Assembly (NCBI GenBank): GCA_045561025.1
Contig: JBJKYM010000034.1
Span: 27,975 to 91,974 of the forward strand
From: Candidatus Rariloculaceae bacterium
GTDB lineage: Bacteria > Pseudomonadota > Gammaproteobacteria > Steroidobacterales > Rariloculaceae
Length of the DNA: 64,000 nt
Direction: 5' to 3'
This document shows, piece by piece, positions 1 to 8,640 of the stretch. Within the stretch, counting starts at the first letter, position 1, and each line of letters starts with the position of its first letter. Below the pieces are notes generated by a model. It was given only the letters and a program-made list of their open reading frames with translations, made no database searches and was not told where the DNA came from. The translations under genes and the position numbers were made by a program.

Positions 1-1
1 C

Positions 2-841
2 CTCGGAAATCTCGCGGTCCACAGTGAGCTCGTCGTAATGCGTGCGAGTGGAGTATCGCGGATCAGGATGATGGGCTCGGTCGGTATCGCCGGACTGGTG
101 TTGCTCCTTGTTATGGCATTGCTTGGCGAGTCACTGGCACCGTCTCTTGGCGCCTACGCGCGACAGGTCCGCTCCCAGGCGTTACTGGACAGCGTAGACA
201 TTGCCAATGCTCAGTCGGCATGGATGAAGGACGGCGACCGGATCTTCAACTTCCGGCGGGCCGACGATGGTATTAACTTCGGCGGCGTCTATCTTTTCGA
301 GCTCGACGCGGAAGGATCGCTCGATCGGGTCGCCAGCGCGGATTCGGCCGAGATCGATCCGCAACAACGCTGGATACTCGCAAACTATGTCGCGACAGAC
401 TTCTCGGCCGACGACATCAGTTCGACTGCCGAGCGGCGCTCTATCCAGAACTATGAATTGAGTCTGGAGTTGCTCGGGCTATCCGAGGTGCGTGAGGACC
501 TGCTCGATACGCAGGGTTTGAAGCGGTACATCGAATACCTGGACCAGAACGACCTCGACTCCGACCGCTACGTCACCGCGTATTGGGCGAGAATTTCCGA
601 CAGTGTCTCTGTACTCCTGATGACATTATTGGCGCTGCCATTCGTCTCGGGTGCACTCAGAACGTCGGGGACCGGCGGGCGACTCGTCGTCGGACTGGTT
701 ATCGGCCTCGGTTATTACATCGTGGCGCAAACATTTGTAAACAGCGGTGAGGTGTTCGATCTCGATCCCCTCGTCGTCGCCTGGCTGCCGAGCGCTATCC
801 TGCTCGTTATCACGTCGGTCGCGTTGTTACGAATACGCTGA
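2..841 (+). CDS. lptG: LPS export ABC transporter permease LptG, C-terminal ~280 codons (5' end lies outside the window)
   Basis: The frame stays open from nt 2 up to the first listed Met (38). A periplasmic segment is followed by C-terminal TM helices. Colinear by eye with the C-terminal half of E. coli LptG (LKRYIEYLDQNDLDSDRYVTAYWARI vs LHNYVKYLKSSGQDAGRYQLNMWSKI). Confidence 0.85.
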   Translation, partial: LGNLAVHSELVVMRASGVSRIRMMGSVGIAGLVLLLVMALLGESLAPSLGAYARQVRSQALLDSVDIANAQSAWMKDGDRIFNFRRADDGINFGGVYLFELDAEGSLDRVASADSAEIDPQQRWILANYVATDFSADDISSTAERRSIQNYELSLELLGLSEVREDLLDTQGLKRYIEYLDQNDLDSDRYVTAYWARISDSVSVLLMTLLALPFVSGALRTSGTGGRLVVGLVIGLGYYIVAQTFVNSGEVFDLDPLVVAWLPSAILLVITSVALLRIR

Positions 842-846
842 ACAGT

Positions 847-1275
847 TCAGCCCTGAATCCGAACGACCCGCGTCGACGATAGCCGGTCGTGCCAGCAGAG
901 TCCGTCACGATCGAGCCAGCCCCATAGGAAACCCAGGCCAGGCGGCAGCAGGAGTATCCAGGACGCCATATAACGGCGGATAGCCAGTGGCCAGTCGAGC
1001 GGACCGCCATCGTAGCGCTCTACCCGTATCTTCCACGCGCGCATCCCCAGAGTCTGTCCACCGTGGGTCCAGCACCAGCCGAAAAATAAGAAACTCAGTG
1101 CGATGAGGAACGCGTTGTACCACCAGGATGCCGGCGCAATCTCGGCTCCGCCGCGAACGAGGATCAATAACAGCGTTGCGGCGAACATCAGGCTGGCCAG
1201 CAACAGCCAGTCGTAAAGGATCGCTGCGAATCGTCGAACCAGACCGGCTGACGGGCGTGATACGCTCTGTCTCAT
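847..1275 (-). CDS. RDD family membrane protein
   Basis: 142 aa with three hydrophobic helices. The GQTLGMRAWKIRV and C-terminal WHDRLSSTRVV motifs are typical of the RDD domain. Confidence 0.8.
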   Translation of the reverse strand: MRQSVSRPSAGLVRRFAAILYDWLLLASLMFAATLLLILVRGGAEIAPASWWYNAFLIALSFLFFGWCWTHGGQTLGMRAWKIRVERYDGGPLDWPLAIRRYMASWILLLPPGLGFLWGWLDRDGLCWHDRLSSTRVVRIQG

Positions 1276-1406
1276 CGATAACGTTTGGTAGAGAGAAGCG
1301 GCAGGAGTGTAGCAGGACGGGTCTCGGGTGACAGGCGCTGGTTGTCTTCACGTAGGCCCGGCATCAAGCTTTGAGGATCTGCCTACCAATGGCAATGGAG
1401 AGGCCT

Positions 1407-1757
1407 ATGTCGGACAACGTGCTCGTGATTCCCGCAACGTTTATGGTTGGACAGGATTTTTCCGCGCATCTGCCGCTTTCCGACGGATCGATGAAGCCGC
1501 TTCGCGATTGCTCTGTTGAGGAAGTTCAGCAGGCAGTTGTTGAGATGCGGGCGGTAGCGGAGGGGAGTCGTAATCGACTACACACCGCATACGAGGAGCA
1601 TACCCAGGATCTCGAGATTCTGGCCCAGGTCTCTGCCTATGCAGCACGCGATGAGCAGTGGGCTGCTCTGCGAGAGGACGAGCCGGTACAGGAGATACTC
1701 TGGAGTATGGAGCGTGAGCCCGACTCAGACGCCGCCAGCGAGAAGGTGACATCGTGA
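1407..1757 (+). CDS. hypothetical protein (acidic, no recognisable domain)
   Basis: Internal ATG at 1407 of the 1371-1757 ORF, preceded by GGAGAGG 5 nt upstream. Codon usage looks coding. No family recognised. Confidence 0.4.
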   Translation: MSDNVLVIPATFMVGQDFSAHLPLSDGSMKPLRDCSVEEVQQAVVEMRAVAEGSRNRLHTAYEEHTQDLEILAQVSAYAARDEQWAALREDEPVQEILWSMEREPDSDAASEKVTS

Positions 1758-1808
1758 CAATCTCGAGAGCTATCGTCTGCGTCATCGATATAGTCGGGAG
1801 CTTCCGAC

Positions 1809-2018
1809 ATGTCTGAGGCGCGGCCCGTTCGGACAATACTCCGGGTAGCGAGCCTGCCGCTGAGTTTGTGTGCGGGGTGCTTCCTGGGCGTGTTCACCGG
1901 TGCGCTCTTCGGTCAGCCGGGTATTGGTCTTGCCATCGGCGCTGGCCTGGGGCTGGCGATCGGGCTGGCGCTGTCGGCGGCTTTTCTCGTGACATTTTTC
2001 TTCACTGAACGGCGCTAG
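1809..2018 (+). CDS. small Gly/Ala-rich membrane protein, hypothetical
   Basis: 69 aa with two hydrophobic stretches ([24 protein letters not shown]). GGGAG lies about 9 nt upstream of the ATG. Confidence 0.4.
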   Translation: MSEARPVRTILRVASLPLSLCAGCFLGVFTGALFGQPGIGLAIGAGLGLAIGLALSAAFLVTFFFTERR

Positions 2019-2019
2019 A

Positions 2020-2295
2020 TTGGCGACAGACGCTGGAGCGACAGCCTGGAGTGTTTATGTCGTCCGCTGTGCCGACGCGACGCTCTATACCGGTATCGCT
2101 CGCGATCTTGCCGCACGAATCGCGCAACACAATGCCGGCAATGGAGCTAAATATACGAGAGGTCGATTGCCGGTAGCGCTGGTTTACGATGAGCCGGCGG
2201 CCGACCGCGGTGCAGCTCTGCGTCGCGAGATCGAAATAAAGCGCATGACCGCGCAGGAGAAGCGAATCCTGATCGGGGATCAGGGAGTCGATTGA
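2020..2295 (+). CDS. GIY-YIG nuclease family protein (UPF0213/YhbQ-like)
   Basis: 91 aa. [40 protein letters not shown] matches the GIY-YIG core. TTG start. Confidence 0.8.
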   Translation: MATDAGATAWSVYVVRCADATLYTGIARDLAARIAQHNAGNGAKYTRGRLPVALVYDEPAADRGAALRREIEIKRMTAQEKRILIGDQGVD

Positions 2296-3240
2296 GTGGC
2301 GCGGTCGCTCGGTACGAAATACTGTGTTTCGCCTAGTGTCAGAAGCTGATAGATCGCGGTCAGGTTGCGTTCGCGACGCTCATAACCGCGCCAGGTGCTG
2401 TATTCCGGAAACGGGTTCGCTTCGAGCATCTCCTCGAGCGTGGCTCCGCTATTGACCGCTTCGCTAACGCCTTCGTCCAGACGGCCGATAAATTCAATAA
2501 AGTTGTCCAGATCCTGCGGGCTCGCGAGTGGCCCGTGTGGCGGCAGATACAGTTCGACGTCTATTTCCTTCATGGCTCGCAGAACCCAGAGCTAGCCTGC
2601 GACCGAGGGCGTATAAGGACGTATTGGCCCAGCTACGATTGTGGAAGACGCCGCCGCTGTGCAGTGCTCGTGCATGCGGGAAGTGGATCAGCGTATCGCC
2701 TTCGTTTTGCCCGGCGCCGAGATAGAGTAGCTCTACCTCGTACTGCCCGAGCGTAAGCGTCAGGCGATGATCGAACAGGATGTCGGGCAGAACGAGCTGC
2801 ACGGCATTCCGGTTCTGGCCACGCTGGTCGAAAGGACGCGACGAGACTTCGTAGTCAAAGCGCTCAATCATGACGCGTGGCGTGTCACGGTGCGCGATGA
2901 TCGTCGCGCCCTCGCGGGCGAATACCGAGTTCCCCATGTAGTGATCGCCATGGGATTGACTGTTGATGACCCACCGAATCGGCGCATCGGATACAGCGCG
3001 TATCTCCGCTAGTAATCCCTCCGCATCATCGGGGTGCATGCGCGTATCGACGACCAGAATTCCGGCGTCCGTGATCAGAACGGCTGAGTTCGAGCCGGAA
3101 AAAACATAGTTGAAGTAGAGATCCGGAGCGACCTCGATAAACTCGGCCTACGGCGCTTCCTGAGCGGTGGCGGAGAGGTTCAGGCCGCAGGCAAGTAGCA
3201 GCAGCGGCGTTATCGTTGAATATCGCGGTCTCATGCTCAT
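2280..3240 (-). pseudogene. exported MBL-fold metallo-hydrolase, disrupted by an in-frame TAG and a frameshift
   Basis: The minus frame from ATG 3240 encodes the signal peptide MSMRPRYSTITPLLLLACGLNLSATAQEAP, then TAG at 3150-3148. The same frame continues (..ILVVDTRMHPDD..SQSHGDHYMGN..). It shifts near 2575-2600 into the 97-aa ORF (..LPPHGP..) that ends at 2280. Confidence 0.7.
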
Positions 3241-3392
3241 TATCGTTCTACGAAAACCTGAAAACTATTATAAAAACAGTGCCTTAAGGTCCTCATACGT
3301 ATGTGGGCGAAAGTCAGACCCACGTCACTGATCGGCTGAAAAGGATAGCGTAAGTTGACCTCAGGTACTCCTCAGACTTTCCCCCTGAATTG

Positions 3393-3418
3393 CCCGGCCT
3401 TGTACCGGGGTTTTTTTT
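3393..3418 (+). terminator. intrinsic terminator-like hairpin plus T8 with no upstream + strand gene
   Basis: CCCGG (3393-3397) pairs with CCGGG (3405-3409) around a 7-nt loop, directly followed by TTTTTTTT (3411-3418). The stem is short (5 GC pairs). Confidence 0.5.
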
Positions 3419-3501
3419 GTCGGTCGAGAATCACCGGTCTTGTTGTACGATAGCTACGTCGCAGCACCTGGCAGCGTTAATCCACACTGGAGATCCTCTC
3501 G

Positions 3502-3825
3502 ATGAAGCCCGTTCTCGCTACGCTGCTAGTCTTCGCCCTTATTGGTCCGGTCGCTGCACAGGACGAGCCGTTCTCAATCGAAGGTCTGGCACTACGCAAC
3601 GCGCGCCTGCTCGTAGCCGGGATGGCGTTTGGGCTCGGGACCTATGACGATGAGCTTGCCGCTTCCGAACAGTCACGTCTTTACTGCCCCCCGGATGACG
3701 TCAGCATCAACGGAAACTATCTCTGGGAACTGGCCGAGGCGGAGCTCAGCGGAGATCACGATCTGGCAACGGTGGCAACGACAGTTCTTCAGCTATTACA
3801 GGATCTCTACCCCTGCACATCCTGA
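3502..3825 (+). CDS. small exported protein, hypothetical (C-terminal half resembles Rap1a/Tai4-type periplasmic domain)
   Basis: Signal peptide MKPVLATLLVFALIGPVAAQ with TGGAGA upstream. The pattern ..LYCPPDDVS...LLQDLYPC at the C-terminus recalls Rap1a-like small periplasmic proteins (from memory, weak). Confidence 0.55.
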   Translation: MKPVLATLLVFALIGPVAAQDEPFSIEGLALRNARLLVAGMAFGLGTYDDELAASEQSRLYCPPDDVSINGNYLWELAEAELSGDHDLATVATTVLQLLQDLYPCTS

Positions 3826-4265
3826 GTGCTTAGCTGACGCGTCCCGCGCCCTCTGCGGCCGGTCTTACGAGTCCTGATTGTCCTCGTTTCGATCTCCGCC
3901 TGGTTCCAATACAAAGCGCTGGCTGGGAGCCGGTGTCCATTCGCAGAGTTTCGCGAGCGGGTAGCCGGTCAGGCTCCTGGAGCGTGTGGCGCGAACGCCC
4001 GTAGCGAGCTGCGGTATATCTGTAGCTAATATTTTTAGTTCTGAGTTTCTCATCTGCGGCATTTCGGTTAGCAACGGCCGCAGTATCCCGAAGAACACTT
4101 TGGCCAGCGGTGACCTGAGTCACATCTGGTATCGCAGCGAGATTAAGTGAAGTAGTCAGCACGTAATCTGATTAGTGCGTCGAAAAAATGGGGTGGAATC
4201 CGCTCACGCCAGTAGCGTATGCGGCAGCAAATTGGCCGGCTGAAGGGTGAGCCGGGCGCCGGGAC

Positions 4266-4493
4266 TCAGTAGTCTGATGGATTGAACGAGAAGTTCTCGT
4301 CAAGAATATCCGTCGTCTCGAGATCGTCGTAGTCGTCTAGGAACGTCTCGTCCAGAATCTCGGCATCGGTAAGATGCTCCGATTCGGGTTTGTAGTCGAA
4401 CAACTTAGTGGCTTCGTTGTTCTCCATCTCTTCCATTACTTCATCGTCTATCGGCTGATTCAGTGTCGAATCAATCTTTGCAGTTTGGTTCAT
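4266..4493 (-). CDS. hyper-acidic small protein, hypothetical
   Basis: 75 aa with about 24 Asp/Glu and 3 Lys. Strong RBS GAGGTGGAG upstream of the ATG. Isolated gene flanked by non-coding DNA. Confidence 0.5.
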   Translation of the reverse strand: MNQTAKIDSTLNQPIDDEVMEEMENNEATKLFDYKPESEHLTDAEILDETFLDDYDDLETTDILDENFSFNPSDY

Positions 4494-4760
4494 GGCTCCA
4501 CCTCATGAAATTCCAGCGCGAAGAAGGTTCTGATATTTGTCGCGAGAGTTATGTGATGTAAGTCACTGTTATGTGCAAACGCTTGGCTGATCGAACAGCG
4601 GGAATATTCGTCCGTTTTGCTTCGGTATGGGGCGCAGAGGGAATGGCGTTAAGCCTTGCGGTTATTACGAAGTTCCGCGGCTGCGAGGGAAAAAAGACAG
4701 ACCACGGGATATACTACCGGTCGGTCGGGTGAGTCCGGATCACCCCGATAAGGAACGTTC

Positions 4761-6947
4761 ATGACCAGGAAATATCTAAATGCCGCAGCCTTGCTCCTAC
4801 CGATTTATGCTGTCTCTGCCTGCACGGGTGAGGATGCGGGTAACGATGAGGCTGCAGATGTCTCGGCCCCGATGACCGAGCAGACCGACAACGCCGCACC
4901 GACCATTGAGGGCAATCCGTTCTCGGCGGAGAGCTCGCTCTACTTTCAGTATCCGCCGTTCGATCAGATCAGGGACGAACACTATCTACCGGCATTCGAG
5001 GCAGGGATGGAAGAGCATCTGGCGGAGATTGCTGATATCAGTAATCAGACTGCTGCGCCCACGATCGAAAATACCCTGATTCCGCTCGAACTCTCAGGGC
5101 AGTTGCTGTCGCGAGTCTCGAGCGTTTTCTACGGGATTACGAGCGCGCATACGAATGATGCGATCCAGGACATTGAGGCGGAGATCGCGCCGCGTCTGTC
5201 AGCGCATTCCGATCAGATTCTCCTCGATCCGACCCTGTTCGCCAGGATCGAGGCGCTGTACGAGCAACGCACGACGCTCAACGTGGACGCTGAGACGAGC
5301 CGCCTGATTGCCGAGACCTACCGCGACTTCGTTCGGGCGGGCGCGCAGCTATCCGCCGAGGACAAGGAAGCGCTGAAGGCCATCAATATCGAACTGTCTG
5401 AGCTGAGCACCAGTTTCAGCCAGAACGTGATGGACGAGGCGAATGCATCGGCGATTATCGTCGATACGGGTGAGGAACTCGCCGGCCTTACGGACGCTGA
5501 GATTCAGACCGCGGCTGACGCAGCCGAGAGTCGCGACGAGAGCGGAAAATATGCCGTCCCGCTGTTGAATACGACTCAGCAGCCTTATCTGTCATCACTC
5601 GAGAATCGGGATCTGCGCGAACGAATTTTCACTACGTCGGTCGCGCGGGGTAGTTCGGGAGGAGAGTACGACAATCTTGAGATTCTGAGTCGAACCGCTC
5701 TGCTGCGGGCGGAGAAGGCGCAATTGTTGGGATTTGCGAATCACGCCGAGTACATCCTCAGCGATCAGACGGCACAGACCGTTTCCGCAGTTAACGAGCG
5801 ACTTGCTTCGCTGACGCCGCCTGCAGTTTCCAACGCCAGGATAGAGGCTGCTGATCTGCAGGCGATGATCGATGCGGAAGGCGAGTCATTCGAGTTGGCA
5901 GCCTGGGATTGGGATTTTTACGCGGAGAAAGTACGACAGGAACGCTATGCGTTCGACGCCTCACAGCTCGAGCCCTATTTCGAACTCGATAGCGTCCTGC
6001 AGAATGGCGTTTTCTATGCCGCGACACAGATCTACGGAATTACGTTCGAGGAACGCTTCGATCTGCCGGTCTACCAGGAAGACGTCCGTGTTTTCGAGGT
6101 CTTCGACCAGGACGGGGAGACGTTGAGTCTGTTCATTTTTGACCCCTATGCCCGCGACAATAAGCGCGGCGGGGCGTGGATGCGCGCCTATATAAGTCAG
6201 TCCTATCTCGAGGACCGACGCTCGATCGTCGCTAATCACATCAATATCTCGAAGCCGCCTGAGGGTGAGGCAGCGCTATTGAGCTTCGATGAAGTGACGA
6301 CGATGTTCCACGAGTTCGGCCATGCGTTGCACGGGATGTTTTCGAACGTTATCTATCCTTCGTTCGCGGGTACCAGAGTCCCACGAGATTTTGTCGAGTA
6401 CCCCTCGCAGGTCAATGAGATGTGGTCGACCTGGCCCGAAGTTCTGGGCAACTATGCGCGGCACTATGAGACCGGCGAGCCGATCCCTGCCGAGTTGCTA
6501 GAAAAAGTGTTGAATGCCCAGCGCTTCAATCAGGGCTACGGGACGACCGAATATCTTGCTGCCTCGATAATCGATCAGGCTCTGCATCAGTTGTCGCCCG
6601 AGGAGATTCCGTCAGCGGAGGAACTGATGGCATTCGAAGCGGAGGCATTGGCTGCGGCCGGCGCCGATCTTGCGGCCGTCCCGCCGCGGTATCGCCTGAC
6701 CTATTTCTCTCACATTATGGGCGGCTACTCGGCCGGCTATTACTCCTATATCTGGAGTGAAGTGCTCGACGCCGATACCGTCGAGTGGTTCAAGGAGAAT
6801 GGTGGAATGCTGAGGGAGAACGGGCAACATTTTCGGGACGCGCTTCTCTCCCGGGGTGGCAGTGCAGAGGCGATGTCGCTGTTCAGAAATTTCCGCGGTA
6901 GAGACGCTGACGTAGGACCGCTACTGGAACGTCGCGGGCTAAACTAG
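4761..6947 (+). CDS. dcp: M3-family peptidyl-dipeptidase (Dcp-like), lipoprotein
   Basis: 728 aa. HEFGH zinc motif (TTMFHEFGHALHGMF) and full-length M3A architecture. N-terminal lipobox (YAVSAC). Confidence 0.88.
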   Translation: MTRKYLNAAALLLPIYAVSACTGEDAGNDEAADVSAPMTEQTDNAAPTIEGNPFSAESSLYFQYPPFDQIRDEHYLPAFEAGMEEHLAEIADISNQTAAPTIENTLIPLELSGQLLSRVSSVFYGITSAHTNDAIQDIEAEIAPRLSAHSDQILLDPTLFARIEALYEQRTTLNVDAETSRLIAETYRDFVRAGAQLSAEDKEALKAINIELSELSTSFSQNVMDEANASAIIVDTGEELAGLTDAEIQTAADAAESRDESGKYAVPLLNTTQQPYLSSLENRDLRERIFTTSVARGSSGGEYDNLEILSRTALLRAEKAQLLGFANHAEYILSDQTAQTVSAVNERLASLTPPAVSNARIEAADLQAMIDAEGESFELAAWDWDFYAEKVRQERYAFDASQLEPYFELDSVLQNGVFYAATQIYGITFEERFDLPVYQEDVRVFEVFDQDGETLSLFIFDPYARDNKRGGAWMRAYISQSYLEDRRSIVANHINISKPPEGEAALLSFDEVTTMFHEFGHALHGMFSNVIYPSFAGTRVPRDFVEYPSQVNEMWSTWPEVLGNYARHYETGEPIPAELLEKVLNAQRFNQGYGTTEYLAASIIDQALHQLSPEEIPSAEELMAFEAEALAAAGADLAAVPPRYRLTYFSHIMGGYSAGYYSYIWSEVLDADTVEWFKENGGMLRENGQHFRDALLSRGGSAEAMSLFRNFRGRDADVGPLLERRGLN

Positions 6948-7008
6948 AGCCGACCACCGTTCCTCGCGCTCATGCAGATGGGTTCTCGATCGCTCGTGAG
7001 ATAAGCCA

Positions 7009-7863
7009 ATGCGCCTGGTATCTGTTAGTACACTCTTTCTTTTCTGCTCCAGTGCACTTGCACAGATTTACACGCAGCTGGATTTTCCCGGCGGAGTCTC
7101 TACGACGTTGACAGCAGTCGGCAAAGACGGAACTCAGATCGGCGACTTCACGGTGCGCACAGGCCAGCGATACGGATTCACGTTTGACCCGGAAGCCGTG
7201 TTCCGCTCGATCGATGTCGACGGTGCGACCGGCACGAGTCCACAGGGATTGAACGTGCATGGCAGCATCGCCGGGTGGTATCTGGATGAGTCTGGTATCG
7301 CTCACGGATTCCTGCTGCAGAATACTGCGACTCGAACGCTCGATTTTTCAGGCGCCGTGGCGACTATCGGGAGTGGCACTAACGATCGAGCGGATGTTGT
7401 CGGGTACTACCAAGATTCAGACGGTGTGACGCACGGTTTTATCATGCGGACGGCAACTTTCTCGGCAATCGATTTTCCTGAAGCGCGCTTAACGGCCGCA
7501 TCCGGACTGAATAATGTTCGGGATATCGTTGGCTACTATGAGGATGCATCGGGTGCGACGCATGGATTTTTATTCGGCCAGGATGAGATCTTTTCAACGA
7601 TCGATGTGCCGGGCGCGATAGAAACTCGCGCTGAAGATATCAACGCCCGAGACGACATCGTCGGATCGTTTCGGGACAATGAGGGTGTCCACGGTTATCT
7701 GCTACGCAACGGCCGCTTTGCAACCCTGGATTTCCCGGGCGCTGTTAGCACTGTGGCCACCGGAATAAATGACAACGGCTTGATCGTCGGCTACTTCCAG
7801 AGCGGTGGCGATAGGAATCACGGCTTCCTGCTTGAAGAGCAGGTTGTAGAGCCAGGACCCTGA
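7009..7863 (+). CDS. exported HAF-type extracellular repeat protein
   Basis: Signal peptide, then about six ~45-aa repeats of the form ..G.N..g.IVGyy.d..G..HGFll......t.DfPGA. Confidence 0.7.
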   Translation: MRLVSVSTLFLFCSSALAQIYTQLDFPGGVSTTLTAVGKDGTQIGDFTVRTGQRYGFTFDPEAVFRSIDVDGATGTSPQGLNVHGSIAGWYLDESGIAHGFLLQNTATRTLDFSGAVATIGSGTNDRADVVGYYQDSDGVTHGFIMRTATFSAIDFPEARLTAASGLNNVRDIVGYYEDASGATHGFLFGQDEIFSTIDVPGAIETRAEDINARDDIVGSFRDNEGVHGYLLRNGRFATLDFPGAVSTVATGINDNGLIVGYFQSGGDRNHGFLLEEQVVEPGP

Positions 7864-7870
7864 TCTGGCA

Positions 7871-8623
7871 ATGCTTCCCGAGCCCTTTACCCTGTTCTTT
7901 TCGGAGAACCAGAATCTGCTGTGGCTGGTGACGCTGACGGTAGATCTCTCCCTGACGCTCCTGATGTACCGCGTCTTCGGCCGGATCGGTCTTGTCGCCG
8001 CGATCGTGCTCGCGATATTGCTGGCAAATCTTCAGGGACCCAAGCTCACCGTGATTCTCGGTATGGAAACCAGTCTGGGCGTCATTTTCTACTCCAGTAT
8101 TTTCTTCGCTACGGACCTGCTCGGCGAAAAACACGGCAGGGCGGTCGCCAACCAGGCTGTACTGCTCGGCTTTGGCGTGAGCGTCATCATCGTGCTGATG
8201 ATGAGCATGAGCTTGCTCTATCTGCCGTCGACTCGTCCCGCGTCTGCGGTGTTCTCCCAGGATATCCATGCGGCTTTCTCGCGAATTCTGGATTTCTCGC
8301 CGCGCTTCGTCTTCGGTTCGTTGCTCGCGTATCTCATCAGCCAGAGCTTCGACGTCTGGCTCTTTCACCGTGTGAAGCAATGGACGGAAGGCAGGCATCT
8401 CTGGTTGCGCAACAACCTCTCGACGATGACGTCTCAGGTGCTCGATACCGTTTTGTATGCCGTGATCGTCTGGTGGGGTATTTTCGATCTCGCATACGCT
8501 TTTCAGCTTGCGTTGGCGAAGTATGTATTCAAGGTGTTTATCGCGGCGTTCGACACGCCGTTTATCTATTGGGCCCGGACCTGGGATGTGCCGGACCCCG
8601 TTGAGGTAAGATCGAACGCATAG
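7871..8623 (+). CDS. yhhQ: queuosine precursor transporter (YhhQ/DUF165 family)
   Basis: 250 aa polytopic membrane protein. Motifs FFATDLLGEKHG and SQSFDVWLFHRVK..LWLRNNLSTMTSQ.LDTVLY are typical of YhhQ. Confidence 0.85.
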   Translation: MLPEPFTLFFSENQNLLWLVTLTVDLSLTLLMYRVFGRIGLVAAIVLAILLANLQGPKLTVILGMETSLGVIFYSSIFFATDLLGEKHGRAVANQAVLLGFGVSVIIVLMMSMSLLYLPSTRPASAVFSQDIHAAFSRILDFSPRFVFGSLLAYLISQSFDVWLFHRVKQWTEGRHLWLRNNLSTMTSQVLDTVLYAVIVWWGIFDLAYAFQLALAKYVFKVFIAAFDTPFIYWARTWDVPDPVEVRSNA

Positions 8624-8640
8624 AGCGTTCCGGAGTCCGT

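Noticed and set aside
3865-4098. 77-aa minus-strand ORF with a faint AlpA/excisionase-like HTH feel (..ATGVRATRSRSLTGYPLAKL..)
   Set aside because: Spacing does not fit the AlpA motif and there is no RBS. The surrounding region has no supporting mobile-element genes. I treat it as non-coding.
7745-8398. 217-aa minus-strand ORF antisense to yhhQ
   Set aside because: It is entirely overlapped by the well-supported YhhQ gene. Its composition (His/Arg/Gln/Glu-rich, no motif) is typical of a shadow ORF in GC-rich DNA.
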